DNA of 64,000 bases from NCBI GenBank assembly GCA_031835245.2, contig JAVKOQ020000061.1, forward strand, positions 124,001 to 188,000, read 5' to 3'. This DNA is from Balamuthia mandrillaris. Taxonomy: Eukaryota. Made by a program: the position numbers and the translations under genes. Positions 15,351 to 27,400 of the stretch are shown piece by piece; the stretch's first letter is position 1, and each line of letters starts with the position of its first letter. The notes beneath the pieces were generated by a model that saw only the letters and a program-made list of their open reading frames with translations, was not told the DNA's origin and ran no database searches.

Positions 15351-17145
15351 ATGTTGAGGGCAGTGGGCAGCAGAGGAACCACCATGCGGAAGTGGGGCAC
15401 CACCCTCACTGCACAAGAACAACAACGCTTTGGTGCAACGCTATGGTTCAAGGCTTTCTCGTCAATATTCCACAGCGCCCCCTCCTTCCTCCTCGTCGTC
15501 GTCACCGTCATCGCCATCTTCACGACTTCCTCCTTCTTCGCCACCACCGTCACCCTCTGGGCCTTCTCCCTTCAAACCTGTGGCCTTTGCCATCGTTGCC
15601 ACCTCCCTTGTGGGCGGCTACTGCTACTACCAAGGCATTGGCCCCTTCAACAAGGAGAAGCTGGAGAGCGTGCACAAGGCGGAGGAGGATTATTTGAACC
15701 GAGTGCGCGGCCAGTTCTCTCACAAGGAAAAGGGAGAGGAGGAAGAGAAAGAGGCGGAGGCGGAGGCGGAGGAGGAAAAGCGCTGGTTGGAGGATCAGGT
15801 CCCTCCTCCCGCCACCTTGGAGGAAAGCGTGGCCCTGGTTGAACAACATCAACAGCAAGCAGCGGAAGAGAAGGAAGAGGCGGAGAAAGAGGAGAAGAAG
15901 AACGAGAAAAAGGAGGAAAAAGAAGAGGAGGGGCAAGAAAAACAGGAGGACGAAAAGAAGCAAGCGACGGGAGAGCTAGAGACGGAAAGGGCGGGACAGG
16001 AGAAGGAAGAGAGCCCTGCGACGAGCGAGTTTCCTTCCAGCGTTCCCTTTGGTCTTCCTGAGAGCGAAGAAGGCATCGTTATGCCCTTCTCTCACCAACG
16101 TGAAGCGAAAGAGGAGGAAGAGAAGAAGGAACAAAAGGAGGATGAAGGAAAAGAAGAGCAGAAAGAGGAGCAAAGAGAAAGTGCGGCCAACGTTCTGCTG
16201 GCCAAACTGGAGGCTGACGATCAGTCCAAGGAGTCTGTGGCCACTCTCTTCCTGAAGCAACAGGAGCTCTACGAGAACCGCATCCGTGAGCTAAAGGACA
16301 AGTTCCACCAGAAGCGCGAGCAGGAGCGAGCCGAGGAGCAGAAACAGAGAGCTGCCCTGCTGAGAGAGGTTGTGGAGAAGAAAGTGGCGGAGGTGAAGCG
16401 ACAGCTGCAAGAGGAGCTTCAACAAAAGGAAGCTCAGAACAAGCTCACAATGGACGCCAGCCTCTCCAAGGAGTTTGCTCAGCTGGGCCGCGAGCTGGAG
16501 CAGAAGCACGCCGAGCGGTTGGACCTCCTCTCCACCCTCAACGCCAAGATCGAGGCCTACAACAACCTCGTCCAGAGCGAGAGCACCTCTTTCTCCAGGT
16601 CTAGCCTCGAAGTGCACAACATGTCCCTGGCCTTGCTTGCCCTGAGCGAGGCCTTCGAACAGCACCGAGAGCCCTTCCAGACCCAACTGGAGGCCTTCCG
16701 CGAGGCCGCCAAAGGACTGCCCTTGGCGGAGGCCGCTTTGGCCTCCATCCCGCCGCACCTCCCCGAGGAGGGCGTCTACTCCTCCGACCTTCTCAAGAAG
16801 AGGTTCCGTCGGGTGGCTAAGCACGCCCGCCGCGCTGCCTTGGTGCCCGAGGACGGCGGCATGTGGTGGCACGCCTTTTCGGTCTTCCTCTCCGCTGGGC
16901 CTATCTCTGAGCAGCACACCACGGCCAAAGCGGTGGAGAACGTGCTGCAACGAGCCCAAGAGCACATCGAGAACAATGACCTGCTGTCGGCGGTGAGGGA
17001 GCTGGAGGAAGGCTTGCCCAAGGAGGGGCTGCCCAGAGATATGACCAAGGATTGGGTCGATAGGGCGCGCGAGCGCATTGTTGTGGACCAAGCGTTGGCC
17101 CTCATGAATGCTGAAATGATATCTCGTACCTCTGCTCTTGTCTAG
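15351..17145 (+). CDS. MIC60: Mic60/mitofilin (MICOS subunit); N-terminus appears frameshifted
   Basis: Presequence-like RLSRQYST, single TM segment (VAFAIVATSLVGGYCYY), long coiled coil, C-terminal mitofilin domain (PFQTQL, GVYSSDLLKKRF, RRAALVPEDGG, VLQRAQEHIENNDLLSAVREL, DWVDRARER). Confidence 0.85.
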
Positions 17146-17305
17146 AGCCCTGCCTTTTTCGTGCGTGTTTTGTTTGATTGTTCGTTTGTTTAATGCCTTT
17201 TGAATGAACTATAAAATAATAAAAGGAATGTATCCAAAATTTTCTATATTTATGTTCACTTTTTTGGAGATACAAAAGAGAGAAACAAAAAAGTGTGGCG
17301 CATGT

Positions 17306-17442
17306 TCACATTTCCAAGTTGTCAAAATCTTCCAACACTTTGCGAAAGTGATTGAGGGCTTCATAGTGAGACATCTTTTTTTTTGTTGAGAAACAATACG
17401 TTTAGAGCCAAGAAGGAGAGAGCCATTAAAAAAACGGAAGAG

Positions 17443-17485
<43 letters not shown>

Positions 17486-19448
17486 GGAGGGAGAGACTAC
17501 ATACAACTTTGAAAGAAGAGGCCGCTCCATCCTTGAAATGAAACATTTGAAGGTCGGGCGCTTCTCTGCAGCCCCTCACAAAGAGGCCAAGCTCTCCGTC
17601 CTTGTCTTGCGATGTGGTCAAGGCAAACGCAGGCGAGGACTCCTTTTCATCGGAAGCATATAAGAACACATCCGAAAGAAGAGAGAGAAAGAGAGGAGAG
17701 ATTGTACAGCTAACAAATAAGGAGAAGCACCCTCAGCAAGAAGGGCGCCAAGGGGATGGTTATAGTGCTGACCGCCACGATGATAATGAAGGGTAAGGGT
17801 GCCATCCGGAAAAGAAAACGGAGGTTCCTGTACAGCTGCTGCTGCCGCAGCGCTGGCACCCCTTCCTCCAGCGATGATCGCGCCCTCAGAAGCTGTGCGA
17901 CTGTGGCAGCTGCCAGCCCGGGGCCGTTGATGGTAGCGAGGGGATGAGGAATTGTTGGTCGTGTTACTCACTGGAAGAATAGGGCGGAAGGAGGAGGAAG
18001 GAGGCATCATTGGGAGAGGAGGCAAGTCCGTGAAAGGAGGAGAAAACGGAGAAGCAGAAAGAAAGTCTTGGATGGGAGGTGGAGAGCGGTCCGCATAGCA
18101 CTGAAAGGGAGGCGTGCAGTTCTCGCAGGAAGTCTTGGAAGAGCTGGAAGTGGAAGTGGGGGGAGTCATGTAGGCATAAAGCTCTTCTTCCAGAATACGG
18201 AACGGGTCAGAGCCAGCAGTTCTGCTAGGCGATACCACTGGCACTTGCGCTCGCCGAATGCCACCTTGATTTGCGGTCGGGATTCCTATCGGGGCGCTCC
18301 TTTCAGTTGGATGTCTTTCATCTTCTTCCCTCTCCTTGCCTTTGCCCATGTGAAATCTACCGCTATCAAATGGTGACTTAATGTCTAAACAGTTTTCTGG
18401 GGCTAGTGTCTGTTTGGGAGAGACATTAAGGTAAGAGAAAAGGGTTTTTAAAAACATGAGATAGAAGAGAAGAGAGTGATGAAGTTGGATAGGAGAGAGA
18501 GAGAGAGAGAGAAAGGGAGAGGGAGAGACATACGTTGTGAGAACAGTTGTGACGGTAACGCACATACAAAGCAAGTTTGCCAAAAGGGGTTTTTACATGG
18601 CCAAAATTGAACTCAGACGTTGGAGCTATTGCAACAAATGAACATCAGGAAACGCAAAAGCATTCAAAAAGAACAGACGAAGGAAAAGTAAACCGTTGTT
18701 GAAGCTAGGCCCGCCCTCTGCGTCTTGCCTCATGAGATAACTTATTTGAGCGGTGGCGCGTTCGTGTTTTTGCAAGTCTCTGTACAATTGATGAGCCGGC
18801 AACATTCGCAAAAAGCTATACAGCGAACGGATAAGCACCACCAGCTTTTTATATACAGTTGGAATTTCTATTGCGACGCGAGGACTATTGCAACAGAGGT
18901 CTTGTTAGTCTCCGCAGGAAGAAGAAAGCAACAACAAGAAAGACGAAACAAGAACAACAAGAACAACAAGAAAGCAGAAGAAGAAGAAGAAGAAGAAGAA
19001 GAAGAAGAAGAAGAACAAGAAGAAGAACAAGAAGGAGAAGAAGAGTCACCTTTTGTTGAGCGGCTGATAAGAAAGACGCCAATGCTCAAGTAAGGCCCTC
19101 GTTTGCCGATCTTTGGTGACAAAAAATGTTTCAAGAATGAGAGGGAGATATATGTTGTTCTTCCATGCGTTTAGCTGCTCAGTTACTATATCTGACTCCT
19201 CCATATCAAGGTTGAACTAGAAGAGAACAAAAATAATAATATTAATACGTTAGTCCAAACAGACAAGAGAAACGTTTGTTTGTTAAGCTATTCGCACATA
19301 CCCACTTGTTCTTCTTAGAGCTCATCTGAGATAAGGCAGCCACACGAGCCCCTACAATCGTATGAGCCATCTTGCTCAACGCCTCTCGCACCAACTGTTC
19401 TATTTTGACCCTTGGGTTCTTCTCTAAGGGTTCTTTTTTGTTTTCCAT
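17306..19448 (-). CDS. ATG13: Autophagy protein Atg13 (N-terminal HORMA domain plus disordered tail), multi-exon
   Basis: KMAHTIVGAR, NKW|FNL, LLEHW, VYKKLVVLIRSLYSFLRMLPA, Ser/Pro-rich tail, C-terminal ELGLFVRGCREAPDL. Confidence 0.8.
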
Positions 19449-20816
19449 TTTGGTGGGTTGGTTCGAGGCGCTTATGAAAAAAACAAAGCGTTGTTGCTAT
19501 CGAGCAGCACTGTCCTTTAAACTGTAACACCACATCAAGGTATCACAACAAACACAAGGCGAGTTGATGATCTCTGCAAAGAGGGGAAACAGTAAGAGAG
19601 AATCAATAGCGGTTGTGGGGGCAAATAGGTGGCCAAGAAAGCAGCCAAAACTTTGAAGCAGCAGACCCCCAACTCAGATGGAGGGGGGAAAGTTACCTTA
19701 CTGACTTGTGCAAAAAGGCCCAACCAGATCAAGATGATGTTGATGATGGTTCACCCTTTCTTCAGGAGCATTAAAAAAAAGGACATAAACGAGCGTCAAC
19801 AACCAAACGTTTCCTCAAGTTTACCCAAAGAAAGAAAAAAGAGCAGTAACCCATTAGGTTGCAGAGAAAAAACAAACCTAAATCTCACGGAAAGCTGGAG
19901 CAGCTGTAGAATAACTTCCCGTGCACGAGAGAATTGTTGTGAAATGGGTATGTGCTTTCAGCTGGCTGCGGGCAGTTTTCGGGCTTCCAGGAAGAAAAGA
20001 AAGAAAGAAAGAAAAGACGAGGAAGCTGGAAAGCTGGAGGGGAGTAATGCAGCTGTTTCTCTCTCTTCTCCTCAAGAATCGCCTCCTTTAACAAGGATGT
20101 AGCCAAACAGTCCCTTGAAGTCCCTTTGGATTTCTTCTAATGGATTCAATTCACTTTTTTTTGCAAAAAAAAAAAAAAGAACAAGGGAAGAAAAGCAAAC
20201 GATCAGAAGAGGATCAAAAAGCAAAGAGATGTTAAAAAAAAATTTTTTTTTGGTTTGGATTGGGTTGTGTGTACGCACCCCGCTACCGATTTGCCACTGC
20301 TCGCTCAAGTGCTGACTGCTACTTCTTCTCCTCTCTCTCGTGTTTTCCCGCGGGTGTCAACTTTGTCGAAATAAAAAAAAACAAGGGAATCTCTTTGCGC
20401 TACGCAATTCCTTTGTGTTTGGTGATGCTTTGGTTCGTTAACAACGGAGTGGGGAAAAGGGGGTTCGGTGTGCGCGTTTGTAGGAGTTTGCCACGTCTCT
20501 CGTTTCTCCTTCTCTATGTTTTTTAAAAAAAGCCAAAAGGAAGGAGGGTAACAGAACAAACGGACCAATGGATCGCCAAGTTTCCAGCGCTTCATTTGCC
20601 CTTTTAGGTGTAGCTTAGATTAGATCACCCGCAACCGATCAGGAATTTTCCGGGAAATGTCCTAGGAAATGAGTTACGTAATCCATGTAAATTCTCCTAT
20701 CCGCCGATACTGTTGCCCCCCGACTGCCTCTGGTTCGACTCATGGCGGCCCCTCTGCTGTTTTGACTCAGTTGCGAAAAACAAAAAAGAGTAGCGACAGA
20801 AGAAAGAATCCGAGCG

Positions 20817-21354
20817 ATGGACTTGTGTAGCAAAAAGATGTTTGTGGGACAGCTCGAGCAAGTGGAAGTGACGGAGGAGAATGAAACCCTTTTATTTCGC
20901 TTTGGGGAGGCACCGCTGTTCCAGAGGGTTTGGGTGCAGGTTCGTTGCCAGCGTTTTTCATTGTGATCCCGCCAACCTTTTTCTTGGCCGTGTCCTCCCT
21001 ACTCACTCGAAATGTAACCGCAGGGTGTGGTTGTCTTTGTGGAAGACAAGTATTTCTATTTGGACGATGGTACCCTCTTCCTATTCTATGTTTTGGTTGT
21101 TTTTCTTACCCATGTTTCCCTTCCAAGGGAGTGGAGTGGTATTCATAGATGGTGTCAAAAGTAGCATCGTCGATCCAACCGAGAGAAATGTGGGCGACTA
21201 TCTGATGGTGATAGGGACGCTTGGCCTCTGTACGGACGGCACCAGAACCATCATTGCTGTCAAGATATGTAACCTCAACGAGGACCCCAACCGAGAGACC
21301 CTATGGGATCTCGAGGTGATCGAAGCCCAGCGACGCTTCTATCTTCCAGCGTAA
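20817..21354 (+). CDS. RMI2: RecQ-mediated genome instability protein 2 (OB fold), 3 exons
   Basis: RVWVQ|GVVV, YLDDG|SG, GDYLMVIG, KICNLNEDPNRETLWDLEVIEAQ. Confidence 0.82.
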
Positions 21355-21485
21355 ATGTACATACATACAATCGATAAGTTTATGGTGATGAATGAAGAGC
21401 TACTTGTACAGCAAAAGCCCTTGAAAAAAGAAGGGACAGAGGGCGATATTTGTTCATTTGGTTGGTGCTTCCTGCTATCTGCTCT

Positions 21486-24400
21486 CTACTTCCTCTTCAT
21501 TACAAAGGTGACGGGAGAAGCAGCACCAACAGCCATTTTGGACCGCACCACAAGCGCCCGTTCATCATCGCCAAGCGTCACCTCAGCTGTAGCCAAAAAA
21601 AAAAAAAAATGAGCATCATCAAAACAAAAAGAGTCAACAACAAGAGGTACATTACCCTGGTTTTCTTTTACAATACATAGATGGTAATTGTTAACAGAAA
21701 GTCCTCGCTTCCTGCAAACAGAAGCACAAATGTTCTCCGCGGTGGTTGTACTATCTATCTTGATAGTCACAAACGTATGGTCCTCCAGGTAGATCTTGAC
21801 AATGGCAGAGGTTTGGCCAAAGGATGAGGAGGAAGAAGGAAGAGTAGATGATGAAGAAGAGGATGAAGTACAGGAGGAGGGCTCAAAGGAAACAGATAAG
21901 GAAGAAGAAGAGGCGGAGGAGGACTGTTCTTGTTGCTCAGACGACGAGGAGACTGTAACCACAGCTTCCAAACCGGTCCACACCCGAATGAACTTGTCCC
22001 AGGATCCGCTCCACACCTCTGGCTGTCCCTCGTTGTTCACAAACACGAGAGAGCTGATCGCATCAGCGTGTGCTTCTTTCAAGTGTTGCAAAGGCTGATA
22101 GTTCTGCACAACGACAAAAAAAAGGTGAGGCTAAAAGACAACATTGCAACGCATTATAAGCACGGAGAACGTACATAGCGATCCCAAATGATGATAGACT
22201 TATCCCAGGAGCTGCTCCAAATGGTATTGGTGCCTACCTGCAACAGCTGGTACACTCTTGCTGTGTGATCGCTCAACGTTTGTATGCAATCACCCTGCAA
22301 ACAAACAGAAAAAAAAGGTCAGTGGTTATGTACTTCCACTTTTTATCACTTGTAACAACAGCAATGCGTTGTCTTTCAAGAGGATAAGAACAAACAAACG
22401 AACTATACCTGACGGTCCCAAACGCAAATTGTTTTGTCACTGGAGCAGCTCCACATCACGTCGTTGACTCGCAAGAGCTGATGCACGATCGCCGCATGTC
22501 CTTCCAGTACTTTCTCCACTTCCAAGCTCTGTCACAAGAAACAAAGAAAGAGATTACCTCCACCAATCTCTTCATCAAACGTTTGAAGAACAAGTGAATT
22601 ACCTCAGGGTTGACCAGCATGATGGCTCTGTAAGAGCCTATCCAGACGTAATGGTCAGGCCAGACGACCATTGAGCTGCATGCATTTGGCAGTTTGGCCT
22701 GTTGTCTGGGCTTAAACGTCTTTTTTTTTTTGCAAACAAAAAAAAAACCGTTATTATTTAGTACTATAGCAGTGCTCGAGAAGTGAACATAGGAAAGCGG
22801 AAAGGTACCTTTTTAGACCACACGATGACGGTATAGTCAGAGGACCCGCTCCACACGTCATCTCCAACTTCAGCCAAGCAGTACACCGCATGTGCTTTGA
22901 GCTGCTTCAACAGTTTCGGTTTCTGGTTCACGTTCGAAAAAAGCGTAAGTTTGCTTTGTTGCTCCTTCAATATAAATAAATGAGTGCAAACAAACCTTTG
23001 CATCCCACACGATGATGGAACCATCCTTGGAGCCGCTCCACACTTGATCATTCACCACCAGCAAGCAATGAACAGCAGCTGTATGTCCGGTTAGCTGCTT
23101 CATCAGTTTCTTCGTCTGTGGAGGTGGGAGAACAAAAAAAAAAAGTGATGAGCATTGTTCAGCAGAGGAGGAAGGGAGTAAGTTATCATTACCTTCAGAT
23201 TCCAAACAAAGATAGAGCCATCGCCACAGGCGGCCCATACCCTATCCTGCACTGTCACCAGGCAGTGCACCGAGCCCGAGTGCATCACATCCAATTGAAC
23301 TTGTGACAACGGACTCCACTGACTCTCCATCGCACCACCTCCATCGCTGCTGCTTGCATTGCTAGGAGCAGAAGCGTTGGCAGTGGAGGAAGAAGGAGTG
23401 CTCGTCGTTGCAGCACTGCCTTGGGGAAAGAGGAGAGCTGATAGAGCGGCGGGAGGGAGGCTGGCGGCCCTATCCTCTCGTTGCTTGTTGTGGTCGCTCT
23501 CGCTCCCAAAGGAGTTCTTGCGGCGGCCCTGCGGCGGTGTGAACTTGGAGGAAGGTCTCAACGTGACCGACATTGGAAGCTTTATCTTGCTACCTCCCAA
23601 CCGGGACCCCGTTTTGGGGGAGATAAAGCCGCTTCCGTTTCCACTGCCGCTACTTAAGGTACTTGATCTTAGCTCAGTTCCCCTAGAGGCTGCTCTCTTG
23701 CGTGGCACCGGTGATGGGTTATGACTGGAAGAAGAAATAGAGGCGTTCAGTCCGTCCTCTCGGCTACGAGGTGAGGAGCCTCCCCCGCAGTAATCTCGCT
23801 GCAGGTCAAGCAGCCGTTGGGCAATGTCGTTGAAGGAAGGACGAGCTGTCGGATTACTCTGCCAACACTGTTCAATCAGCCTGCTGTACTCTGCGTGCAG
23901 TCCCTCCGGTTCATCCGTTCCTCTCCCTGCTTCCGGTACCTGCATTCAGCATTAGTATCATGATCGAATCAGAGTGAAAGACAAGAGTCAGTAACAAAAA
24001 AAATACGAAGACATAGAAGAGAACAGAGAAAGCGACGAACAGTGGGCCGTAATCCATCGATCAGCATGACACGAATCTCGTGCGGAGTGTGCTTGTTAGA
24101 CTGAAGTAGGTGCAAGAAGGGATCCTCTCGGGCAAGCATTTCCCAAAGCAACATGCCAAAGCTGAACACGTCCATGGAGGGCGAGAAGGGAGTGGTGGGG
24201 TCGGCCAACAGCTCAGGCGCCATCTGAAAGTTGTAGTCTTGCAATGTTAAGTCCAGCATGCCTCCTCGTTGCAACAAGCCTATCCCAAAGTTGTCCACCT
24301 TGGCCACAACCTCTGACAACTTCTCGTTGCTTCCTGTCATCTGTTGTGTTCGTGCAATGTGGTTTTGCGTTAGTTTGTGTTGTACCTGGATAAACGTAGG

Positions 24401-27400
24401 AAAAGAACAATAGAAAAAGAACAAGATAAAAGCCAAGGTAATGAAGAGAAGAGAAACAAACCAGAACATTAGCAGAGTTCAGATTGCCATGCAAGATCGA
24501 AGGCACTGACTGATGAAGAAACTTAATGGCCTCACAGATTTGCAGTGCAATGGTGAGCCTAAAGGTCCAGGTGATAGTATTGGTCATGTCTCTAAGGAAG
24601 ATGTACAAGGAGCCATAGAGCGGATACTCCGTTACCACCTGGAAAGGCTCCGCCACGAAGCCCTTCTGCTCCGCCAAATGAGGATGGCTCAGCCCTCTCA
24701 ACAGAGAGAGGTTGTGTTTGGCCAGAGCCAAGGCCTCCTCACTGTTGCTGGCGGAAGGAAAATCCTTCACTACAACAACCTCGCCTCCTAACTGTGCTTG
24801 ATAGGAGTCAATGGTTATAACGTTCGGTCCACTGCTGTCGTCGTTGTTAGAGCTGGTGTTGGCATGACCGAGGCTGGCCTTGCGCTGCCGCGATTCTAGC
24901 CGTTGTATGGCCTGCAGTGGGATGGCCTTCGACTCTTCGATGGCTGCATCCAAACAAGAATATTCTGCCAACAGATGGTCTAGCAACAGTAAAAAAAAAG
25001 TAAGTTTTTTGAAGGAAACATACAAAGTAAATAGAGATGATAATACCTATCCGTATCGCTTTAGGGCCATGTACATTGCAGTAGAGATACAAGTTGCCTT
25101 GTTTGAGGGCCAGCTCAACGTCTTTGAGGAAGAAGGTGGTGGGCTTGCCCGACAAAGAGCCAGGCAGACCATTACAATGCACGCAAGGTACGCCAACCTC
25201 TTGCAACTGCTCCGTATACCAACGATGGAAAAAGTCGGTCACAGCATGCAGCAGTGTCGATAGGAACGACCCGTTTTGTATCTTCTTGAGCGGATCACTG
25301 TTTCCCTCCGGAGAAGATGATAACTCTGAATCATTCTCTTTCTCTTTGGTCTTTTCTTTGTCGGCCGTTGTTATTGTAGTACTGAATGGGTGATGGTGGT
25401 GTGCAGGTATTTTGCCAACGCGAATGGTCAACTCGATGGAAGAAGTGGCTGGAGAACAGCAGAGCAGGGCTTTGTCCTCTTGATGCTGCAAGACCAAGCC
25501 GAACCGCCAGTAGCAAAGGGCTTGGAGACCTGGCAGCGCCTCTCCTTTTAGGCCAAGCAGGTGCACCAGTAGACGAAGAAAGAGTCCGTCAGGCATGAAG
25601 TTGAAGACAAATTGCCGTCGGTACTCTCGTGCAAAACTGTTGGTGGAACAAGCGGCAGAAGAAGAAACAGAGGAAGAAGGCATAGAGGAAAGAAAAGAAG
25701 GAGCAACAGCAGAGCTGGATTGATCTTCAGCTATTGTTGCGGATGAGGAAGAGGAAAAGGACGAAGAAGTGGAAGAAGCAGAAGAAGGTGCGTGAGTGAA
25801 AGCAGTGGGAGTGGAGTTAGCCCAAACGCTCACAAAATTAGGAGGCAGCTGTGGGCTAAGCTTGGCGGGCACCAAGCTGTAGCCAGCGTTCTTGTCCAGC
25901 ATTAGCAAACTTGAAGTCGTTAACGGATGAAGAATGTAAAATTTGTGAAGGAGCTTCAGCAAGGTGGAATGAAAGGAAGAAGGAATGTCCATATGGTCTT
26001 TCCACATGGTCGTGATGTCTGAATGTATAACTTTAGCACTGTCCCTCACCAACTCGGGCTTGCCTCCTAAAAACACGCTGAAGAGCACTCGCACCAACCA
26101 AGGCACGTCCAGGTATATGCTGTCCTTGAGGCCGTCCTCAGGAAAGTAGGCAATGCCTCCGTCCTCGTGCAAGAAACGAATAACATGAGGTATGTCCTCG
26201 GCAGAGAGGCCGAAGCGTGAGGCCACCCGAGCAAAGTCGGTGGTGGAGACGAACGGCGGAGCCTCAGCCTTCTCCAAGGAACGCCGGAGCAACTTTACGT
26301 GCCGCGAGAGCAGCAAGTAAGAGGCCGGTATCTGACGATGAATCAGACCGCAGAGAGCAGCCACCTCCGTGATGGTGCTCACCAGTTGACCCATTCCTTT
26401 GTTGGTCTTGCTGCTGACGGCCACGTACCCCATGATCTTGGAGAAGCGGGAGCCTAAGGTGTCATGTATCCGCTCAAAGATCTTGCCGACTTCCTTGTTG
26501 CTCTCCTTCTTGCCAGAGGACTTTTTCAGCTTGTCATCATAGTGAGTGCCGACCACGATGATAGGGGAAGTGAAGGAGCGCATCTCCAAGAGGCGCAGCC
26601 AGTACTCCAACTTGGGCAGATGGTCCACTTCCTTGCTGGTCGTTAGGTCGAAGCAGAGCAGGAAGATGGAGCGGCTGTTCATGAAGAGCTGTTGGGTGGG
26701 CTGTAGCATGGGGTTTCCGCAGAGGTCCCACACCTGGAACTTGACTAACTGATAATTCAATGCATCGGCTGATGAAGATGACGAGGAAGTTGAAGAGGAG
26801 CCAATGGCTGAGCCCCCTCCAGATGAACTACCAGAAGGAGATAAAGCATTGGCAGCGGCAGAAACAGGAAGAGAAGAGTGGGAACTGGGTGGCGATGGAG
26901 AAGAGGAAGAAGATGAAGAAACAGCAATAAAGGAACTCAGCTCTCCGGAACCGGAGAAATAGGGACCCAACTCTCCGGCAGTGGAGGAGGAAGGTGCAGG
27001 CAGTTTGTTAAAAGACGAGTTTAGCGAGAAGGAAGGAGAGTTTGAGATGGCGCTCTCGCTTTCGCTGGAGCTGAAAAAGGAGGGAGGAGGAGGACGCCAG
27101 GCAGCTATAGCGATACCTGACTTGGCTGCCTCATCCGCTAATAATTGGTTGGTAGAAAGGAAGGTGAAAGTGTTTGACCGCCGTTGGTCTTTGTCTCGTT
27201 TGCTCAACGATGAAGCGAAAGGGGCAAATGAGGAAGAGGATTCGGTTTGACAACGAAGTAATGCGTTGAAAAGGGAGGACTTGCCAGAGAGTGCGGGGCC
27301 CACGATGATGATCTTTGCTCGAGAGAAGCACCTGGTCTTCTCCCTGAGATGGTCGAGATGCCGAAAGATGCTCTTCTTACCGCTGCGAAGAACCTCCGAG

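Noticed and set aside
16291..17091. 266-aa minus-strand ORF
   Set aside because: Antisense shadow of the GC3-rich Mic60 CDS.
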